A stretch of 64,000 nucleotides of DNA from Yuukianura sp. NJ FZ-2021. Taxonomy: Eukaryota. How positions within the stretch are numbered: the first letter of the stretch is position 1; the number at the start of each line of letters is the position of its first letter. Below the pieces are notes generated by a model. That model was given only the letters and a program-made list of their open reading frames with translations, ran no database searches and was not told the origin of the DNA. The DNA is taken from assembly GCA_046563655.1 (NCBI GenBank), contig JAJCTO010000012.1:62001-126000 (forward strand), in the 5' to 3' direction. Both the position numbers and the translations under genes were made by a program. Of the stretch, positions 56,741-64,000 are shown in pieces.

Positions 56741-57631
56741 TCGATTCCCTCCGAACTTTTGACTCCTCAATGATGTGGAATATGATTTTGAACCAACTTT
56801 TAAAAAACTGGCGTTGAATTTGGATTTGTTTGATAGGTCAAGTGTCGCTGTAGCGGTAACTTTCGAATAATGTCGCTGTCGACTATTTTATGCACATAGA
56901 CACTGCCCATGCAATTAATGAATCCAATGATTAATATGAATTGCATCAAGGAGAACGTGATGTTGCCGGTGCTGAAAGCTTGTGATGTTGATTTCTTGTG
57001 GATGGAGGTGGAATTGTCGTCAAGTATGTCTTATTTTTTAGGAAATTTGAACTAGAACGACCATCAGACTGGTACTATTTTTGCAAATCGCAACAAGCAA
57101 GAACTTTGAATTTTTTTTAGGAAATTGGAGAAGTTAATTGTTTAAAGTCGCCTTACTTGATCGACTTCGTCATTATGTGTTTACATCTTCATCTTCACTG
57201 CCAAGTAGGTACAGTTGAAAACATTCAAATATGCTTGGCAGTTCGAATTCGGAATGGCACGATTTTGGACTTTGTATATTCCAGGTTAACCTCAAGTGTT
57301 TCTTAGGAATTTAGTGATCAAAATTTCCATCTGAGAAATTTTTGTTGAGTTTGCAAATAGCAAACGCCTTTACACTTTTACCTAGTCGCCCACCTCTCCA
57401 AATATACCTGACCGAAAGTGTCAATAAGATCATTACTCCAAATTGCGGAGTCCGCAAACCGCAAACACGAAATTTGAATCATAGAGATTTTAATTTCACC
57501 TTGGGAATCGATATCGATTTTCTTAAATTGGCCTTAAATTATCTAATTATGATAATTCCAATTAGTAATTAATACTAACAGTAACACCTTGTATTTCAAT
57601 GTCATCACGGTAATGTTTTATGTTTTGTAGA

Positions 57632-58220
57632 TTTACGTTGGGCCGTCTGATAGAATCGTTTTTGCACTGGATAGCCGTGGAGGCGTTTACGCAAGAGAAG
57701 CAGTTTTTCCGGATTTACCAATCGGAACGTCCTGGGTTTTGATTCCATCGGTAGAAGCAGTGTGCTTGGCAATCACGTACCAAATAACCAAAATTTCAGA
57801 ATTTTTGTTGAAATTTCAAAATTTTGAAAATAACACTTGCAGTGAGACGGCAGTATGGGCACTGTCACCACAGGGAGAAATATTTCGACGTTGCGGAATC
57901 TCTAGTACGAACTTCGTGGGGGATTCCTGGAAACGGATACCCGGAACTGCAAAAGTACTCACAGGTAGGTTACTTAAGTTACTAATTTAATTAATTATTG
58001 TTAAGTAGTTATTGCTAGGATTTTAATCTATATTTTTGGAATTGCAGTGTCAGTTGGTGACGAAGTTTGGACTCTGGATGGGAATGGAACGTTACTGAAG
58101 CATTTCGTGGAAGAATTGCACTTGCATGCAGCCAGTGACAGCAAGATGTCGCCCACAGCAAGAGCAAGGATAGTCCAAGACGATGATGCTGATACTGCTG
58201 ATTGTGAGTTATTGGGATAA
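57632..58220 (+). pseudogene. TECPR2: TECPR2-like C-terminal exons
   Basis: VFALDSRGGVYAREAVFPDLPIGTSW, VWALSPQGEIFRRCGISSTNFVGDSWKRIPG, VSVGDEVWTL; upstream exons not found. Confidence 0.78.
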
Positions 58221-59049
58221 TTCCTCTAGAAACGTTACATTTTAAGCTCAACTTTTTACAGTAACTATTTTTTGGGAACCGCATTTTGCAATTAGCAATT
58301 AGCAATGAGCAAGGAATTCCCGAATTCACCGAATATTTTAGACGATTTAGTATATTTCTATCAGCATGAAACGGTAGAGGCAGCGCCTATAAGTTTTGGA
58401 AACTTCGCTTTAGAATTAAAACCGCAAATTCAATTCAATTCGATTTATTCTCCTACTAATAAGTGCGTAGGTTTTTCGGAATAAACGCTTTACAAATCTA
58501 ATTTTTAGTACTAAAAACCAGTATTACCGGACAATAGTCTTTGCTAATTTTACCTGTCTCTCACATGTGTTTCTGTTTACAAGCCATCTTCACACGGGAG
58601 GTTTTCAGCAGAGGGCACCAGTATTATGTAACCATACCGACCCGTGTTGCTGGATATGCATAGCATGATATTCCAAGAATGCATAGAATGGCATGGAAGC
58701 TGGACCAAATGGATCTGACACTCTGCACTTGACTCTAATCTCAGTTTTTGTGTCAAAACCACAGTGAGTGGACGTAGACATTTAAAAAGTAAAGACAGCT
58801 TCCCAGGAAAACCTAACTTTTAAAATATGCCTACATTACAAAAGTTACGGTAAGTTAATTTGGCGTTGCTAATAATTTGAAGAAAAAGTTTAGCACTTTT
58901 TATTTTGAATTTTAGAAACTCTTTTGAGAAATTCTTTTTCCGACCGAAGCCTACATATCCTGAACATGAGAGTTGCAACAGCCAGTTTATGTTTGATTAT
59001 CATTTTGATAAGGTATGTTTTGAATTTAAATTCTTTTTTAGTTCCCGCC

Positions 59050-59662
59050 AAAAGTTTGCCATGTCTAAACCAAGCGTGTTCTTTGTGTTCTGAACAGGGG
59101 TAAGTCTGATGTTGGAGCTGAAAGTTGTGCGACCGATTCTGCGCAGAAGAGCCAGGAGCAGGCCATGACACTGATTTCAACGAAATCAAGTTTACACAAA
59201 CTTGGGGTCACGCGGAATGCTTAGACTTCAAGGAAGGTCACGGTCACCAAAGATCATAGTGTCGCTATGAACAAAATCCAAGCATTTTCTCAATCCGTGG
59301 CATTTGGCCTACGCAAACCGGCACTTCCGGTAAGCTCAAACTAATCAAATGTCGCCCTGAGACTGGAGAGGCGACATTTCATTTTCCCATTTCATGTGAT
59401 TCTGAGTTTTAGTCAACTGAGTTTCATTCTTTTTGCAGGGCCGAACTGCTGTGAGAAGATCCAGTACGACCAAGAGATGCTTGACCCATCCCTCCAAAAC
59501 TTGACCTCTATTGGTACGAAATCAGTGCTACCCGGGACCCAACTGACTTCAGGAGTCACGAGTGGATCAAACACGGCAGTTGTGCTAAAGTACTGGACCA
59601 GTTTTCGACGGAACTCAAGTACTTCAGTGCCGGATTGGAGTTTAGAGCCAAGTTTGATATGT
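59050..59662 (+). pseudogene. RNASET2: Ribonuclease T2 fragment
   Basis: FTQTW..C, CAS I-like FSIRGIWP (His replaced by Arg), GT-AG intron at about 59330-59438, CAS II FRSHEWIKHGSC, YFSAGL; stop and frameshift present. Confidence 0.85.
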
Positions 59663-59683
59663 AAGTTTATAAGTTAGGGCAGA

Positions 59684-59769
59684 AAAAATATAGAACCCAG
59701 TGGGACTCGAACCCACACATCTCTCACTCCGGAAAGATGCTCTGCTTTAACCATTGATGCATCAGGCTC
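59684..59769 (-). other. tRNA-like Pol III element (tRNA pseudogene or SINE head)
   Basis: A-box-like TGCATCAATGG, T-arm GTGGG-TTCGAGT-CCCAC, weak acceptor stem, TTTTTT downstream; no clear anticodon arm. Confidence 0.65.
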
Positions 59770-60594
59770 AATTCTGTATTGAGTCCATCCTATGCGGCTT
59801 GGCAGGGCCGAGACTATTGCCAAACGCCGTACCTACCTTAATAATAATTAATAATAAATGAATATTTAATTAAATTTGCTATTTATATTATTATATTATA
59901 TTTGTATACTACATGCAAAGCTCTGAAAGATGCTGAAATAAACAAAAAGAAGGAAAAGAATACACCACTGAGCTCATTCACCGGGCGTTTCGCCAAGCAT
60001 TCGGTGTCCAGCCTTATGTTCAATGTCTACATACGAAAACCGTAAGTTTCAAATTCAATTTCAAAGTTTTTTTTTCAAAATGTTTAAATTTTTCGAAAAA
60101 GTGTTTCAAATTACATGTAATTGAATACTTCTAGCGTGAAATTCATCTGCTCGCAGTGGAGTTCTGTTTGGATCGAAACCTAACTCCGATTGACTGTTCG
60201 ACACACGATACTCGACATGCTGAATTTGGGAACACTCTGCCATGTCCGCATGACCAGGATATCTTGTACCATGATCCCAACATTCCCACCAAAAGAGCTG
60301 AACTTTGACCGTTGACATCTCAAAGGTCAACTTTGTCATCCCATACCATCCCATACTCAACATATATATTTCATTACCGTAAATTGCCGATGAGAGGCTC
60401 AAGGTCATTCGACAACAACGGAAAAAAATTTGCTTCGGAAAACCGCCTTTATACAAACTTTTTCGGAGTAGGTTAAGGTAGACTTTATAAATAAAAGATG
60501 TGAACAGAATGCTAAAAGTGTTAAAATTAAAATTAGATAAATAAAATCTTAAACGTTAGTTAAGTAAAAGTCTATTAGTGGGCAGGGTGAGGGG

Positions 60595-62400
60595 TCAGAG
60601 ATTGTTGAGGCAGTGGATGAGGTCAAGGGAGTGGGTGACGAGGAACTTGTGGATCCGTGTTTCCATTCGGACCGTTCCGTCGTTCCGCCGCATTTGCTTC
60701 TCCATCGCTTGCTTCAGGTCGTTCTTCACACCTTTGTCCGCTCCACGCGTTCCAGTTCGGCGACTTCTGGCAGAAAGAAGAATATTAATATTGTAAAACA
60801 TGAAATATTATATATTATGTATTTTTAAGGAAAAGGAAGGTTAGGTTGCTCACCCGCTTCCTCTACCAGCAGTCGGTGTAAACAGTTCCAAGAGAACAGT
60901 CTTTGACTCCTGGTTGGCCATGAGCATGAAAGTGTCGAGGAAGTCTGGCTCGATGACAAAGTCGCCGAAGTAGGGGAAGTATGCGAACTGTCCTCTGCCT
61001 CGGATGTGGCCCACGATCTGGTCTATGACCACTTCAGCCGGGACAGAAGGCCACTCCAACTGCAGGACAGTCAGCAGATTACCCACGGACAGCTCATTAG
61101 AAGAATCAGACGACAGACTTTCCTACATATCAAACAAAGAAATCTTGAAGGTTATCTTAATGTAATGTAGGTTAGGCTGATGTAATCTAAGGTATTGTAA
61201 CTTTACGGAACTTATGCAAGCTTATGTAAGGTAATGCAAGCTTATGCATGGTATTGTACGCTTATGTAAGGTAAGGTAAGATTATTTAAGCCAACGTAAG
61301 GTTATGTTAGGTTATGGAAGGTAGTATGAGCTTATGCAATGTAAAGTAAGGTTACATGAAAACATGCGATGAGAATATTGACAGCATAGAAGATCCACTC
61401 GACACGATCCTCGGAGGTGAAGTGAAATCGCTTGAGCATCGCCGAATCTGTTTTGTTCCTTGCAGTGTCGTAGTTGTAAAAACTCAAGTCTTCCCGCTCT
61501 GACCAACAACTCGAACTTCCCGCTCTCTCCCATTTCTCTCGACTTCCGTCTGCAAGTGGTAGGGAATCCAAGGCTTTGATAACCGCTACTCCAGCTCCCT
61601 GCAAATAAAACATAAAAAAATCATCGATTCTGCCACTAAATACTATATACTTTAAATACTTGTATAGATATGGCTGAGTCTGACCTTGAAGTTGTTCATA
61701 GAGCAAAGTACAGATACGAGTTTGAGCGGATGCTGGATGAGCGGAATGTCGCTGAGAGAGTATTGACCAGTATAAATCCGAAAGTCAATTAGAAACCTGT
61801 CCAGCACTGGCCATGAGCTGAGTTGGAGTGAACTGAAGATAGTTCTCATTCCTTGTCAATGGGGTCACCCTGTCCATTTCCCGTGCCGATCAACTGCCAC
61901 AGCTTGACTGCTGTCACAACGTAGGAGTTGATGCATGTTTGCACAGGAACGACACTGTAGTTGTGGGAAACTGTTGTCACAGAGGGGGATGCTGCGGAAG
62001 TAGTTCGCTGTCGCTGATTGGTTGGATAAAATATTTCTACCAAGGTCAATCGAGACGGTCCACCTAGATCACAGGAAGAAAAGACGAGTTAAGTTAACTT
62101 ACTAAGTTAATTGATTAGTTAAGGTAACTCCTTAAGTTAATTGATTAAATATTCTGGTTAATTAGACCTTACCGAAGTTGGATGAAGCATAAGAGGCAAG
62201 TTGATCAGCTGTTACTAGGCACAGGAGAAAGAGAACGACAGAGACATAGGCCAATTCGGTGCCTGTAGTGTGCTTTGTGCTGGTAGGCGATGACGATGAG
62301 CAGCGACTGGAGGGTGGTTTCTACCGAAGTGGAGCTAGGACTGCGATGCGCCAGTGAAGAACGGAAAAATTGTCCAAGATAGAATAACTCCAATCTGATC
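60595..62400 (-). pseudogene. INTS10: Integrator subunit 10, 3' exons, apparently frameshifted
   Basis: LLTVLQLEWP, FPYFGDFVIEPDFLDTF, TRGADKGVKNDLKQAMEKQMRR, FLIDFRIYTGQY match INTS10 as I recall it. Confidence 0.75.
61145..61358. repeat. Degenerate 10-bp-period minisatellite in an INTS10 intron
   Basis: AAGCTTATGT/AAGGTAATGC-like units. Confidence 0.7.
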
Positions 62401-62512
62401 CACGATTCCAAACAGCTTGTCCCACCTAATAACAAGTACAAGAGTACAACGTTGTTGAAATGTCAATCACTAATCAAAAAAGTAAGGTAGGCAAGTAACA
62501 AGTAAGTACCTC

Positions 62513-63492
62513 TGTGAGTAACCCCGCCGGGCGGGATTCCTCACTTCGTCTCCAAGCAGAGGTGTGTGACGGCACTCGGGATGAGGCTAGGTTCTCAGTC
62601 ATATCCCGATGGTCAGTCAGTGAGTGATGAGCGCTTGGTCGAGGAGGAACTATGTTCCAGATGGTTCCTCTTCCGACCGAGAGTCACGGCGGAGTCCAGT
62701 CACTGGAGTAGGGAGATTCTAGAGACAATAAAGGAACGTAGCCACACTTTGCCTTCGTCTACGACTTTCCTTGTGACAGCGTTCAGCCATATTCCTCAGC
62801 CACGATTCTTAGAGCTGGCACCCAGGGCCTGCGCCACCTCGGTGGTGTTCGGTCCTGGGCACAGAGGTCGACGAACCAGTGGACCGCCGACCAAGCGGCG
62901 ACGTGTGTGACCCATGTCCAGGTTCATCCTGGCTGGGAGGTCACATAAATGGCCCTTCGACCGGATCGACTTTCTTGCCCAGTTAAGGTAATAGAACAAC
63001 AGGTAATGTAGGGTACGTTTTTTTTTCTTTTTAGTTATAATAGTAATTATCATTGCGAAACCTACAAAACCAAAACCACAAGCAGCCAAACCCTTAAGGC
63101 GACATACATCGGCAATACATTCAGCGTTTATTTATTATTTCACGTTAGGGTACTAGCAAATACAATCCCAACACACGTAAAGTTAGTTAAGAACTTTGGT
63201 TCCATGCGGTCAACGTTATAACAACTTATGCGCACTTTGATAACAGCCGCGCAATGTTTTTCAACCTACATGCTAAGGCGAGAACGCATCTCCATGCAGA
63301 TGTCACATAGCAGAACCTGTTCAGCGATAGTGTGTTCAGAAATTGGTCAAGAACGTTGGCTCCATGCCGTCAACGTTATAACACCTTATGCGCACTTTGA
63401 GAACATCCTCGGAAAGTTTTACACCCGACATGCTAAGGGCAGGCAGATTTTACACATATAACCTGTCAGCCATAGTGTATTCCGATATAAAT
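62513..63492 (+). mobile_element. Second member of the gag-only LTR family (5' LTR 62513-62945, PBS, leader)
   Basis: Colinear with 36903-37900, more diverged than that element's own LTR pair. Confidence 0.93.
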
Positions 63493-64000
63493 CATAGAGT
63501 TACCAAGCCGACTCGATTTTTTTTCTTTTAACTAGAGTGGACATAAGGCATTTTTTCAACAAAATTTTTGAAGCAAATTAAAAGAGGTTAAAAGAGGTAA
63601 AAAACCGCTTTCATCCGAAGTTTAAGCAAGGTTCACACAAAAAATGAAATTTAGATTTTCAATCTTCATATGAAATTATGAATAAAATTGCGAAAAGCAG
63701 GGGTTTTGAGACAAAATATCGTCCCATATCTGTCACGATACAACTGGTGACTAGTACATAGTATGTCTTCGGAGAATTGAGGATGATCAGCATGGACGAA
63801 CACACTTTTGAGTCTTCCCACGTGCTTACTTTGCTTCGCTTGGTCATTAGACAATACTGTAAGATTAGGTTTCATTACATTGCCAGACAGGAAACCATTA
63901 AGCTAAACCCAACTACTATTCGTAACACTTGTTACAAAACTGTAATTTTCAGAGGTCAGTAGTGTTAGATTCAGAGTATTTCCAATTTTCCAATTTAAAC
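63493..64000. mobile_element. Left end of a second hAT-type MITE family member; runs off the window
   Basis: CATAGAG... matches 11807-11962; 63922-64000 matches 12138-12217; the part between differs. Confidence 0.88.

Noticed and set aside
60106..60456. 116-aa ORF
   Set aside because: TTG start and no recognisable family
21090..62400. Functional theme among captured fragments (autophagy/lysosome and RNA processing)
   Set aside because: Few fragments, all broken and mixed with unrelated genes; chance is sufficient

Overview
Eukaryotic, probably arthropod (inference), heterochromatin-like DNA made almost entirely of nested transposable elements and intron-containing host gene fragments. From left to right: (1) a Ty3/gypsy element with a 108-bp LTR and a -1 frameshift signal, inserted in an APE-RT LINE; (2) a decayed BEL/Pao element; (3) a tandem array of Helentron-associated (HINE/DINE-like) elements separated by a variable 32-bp minisatellite. 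The first unit holds a hAT-type MITE, which in turn holds an intact CRE-like retrotransposon whose ORF has an RFX-like winged-helix domain. (4) Two head-to-head Piwi-derived chimeric loci, one carrying a RING-like/C2H2 ORF, each interrupted by an LTR element. One is an env-bearing gypsy element with extra ORFs after env, including a GATA-type zinc finger; the other is a young 9.4-kb gag-only element. (5) A patchwork of pseudogene fragments (TMEM60/ULK, CNNM, invadolysin, F-box, trypsin, TECPR2, RNase T2, INTS10). I found no rRNA, CRISPR array or clearly intact host gene. All protein calls come from recognising motifs by eye; no searches were run.
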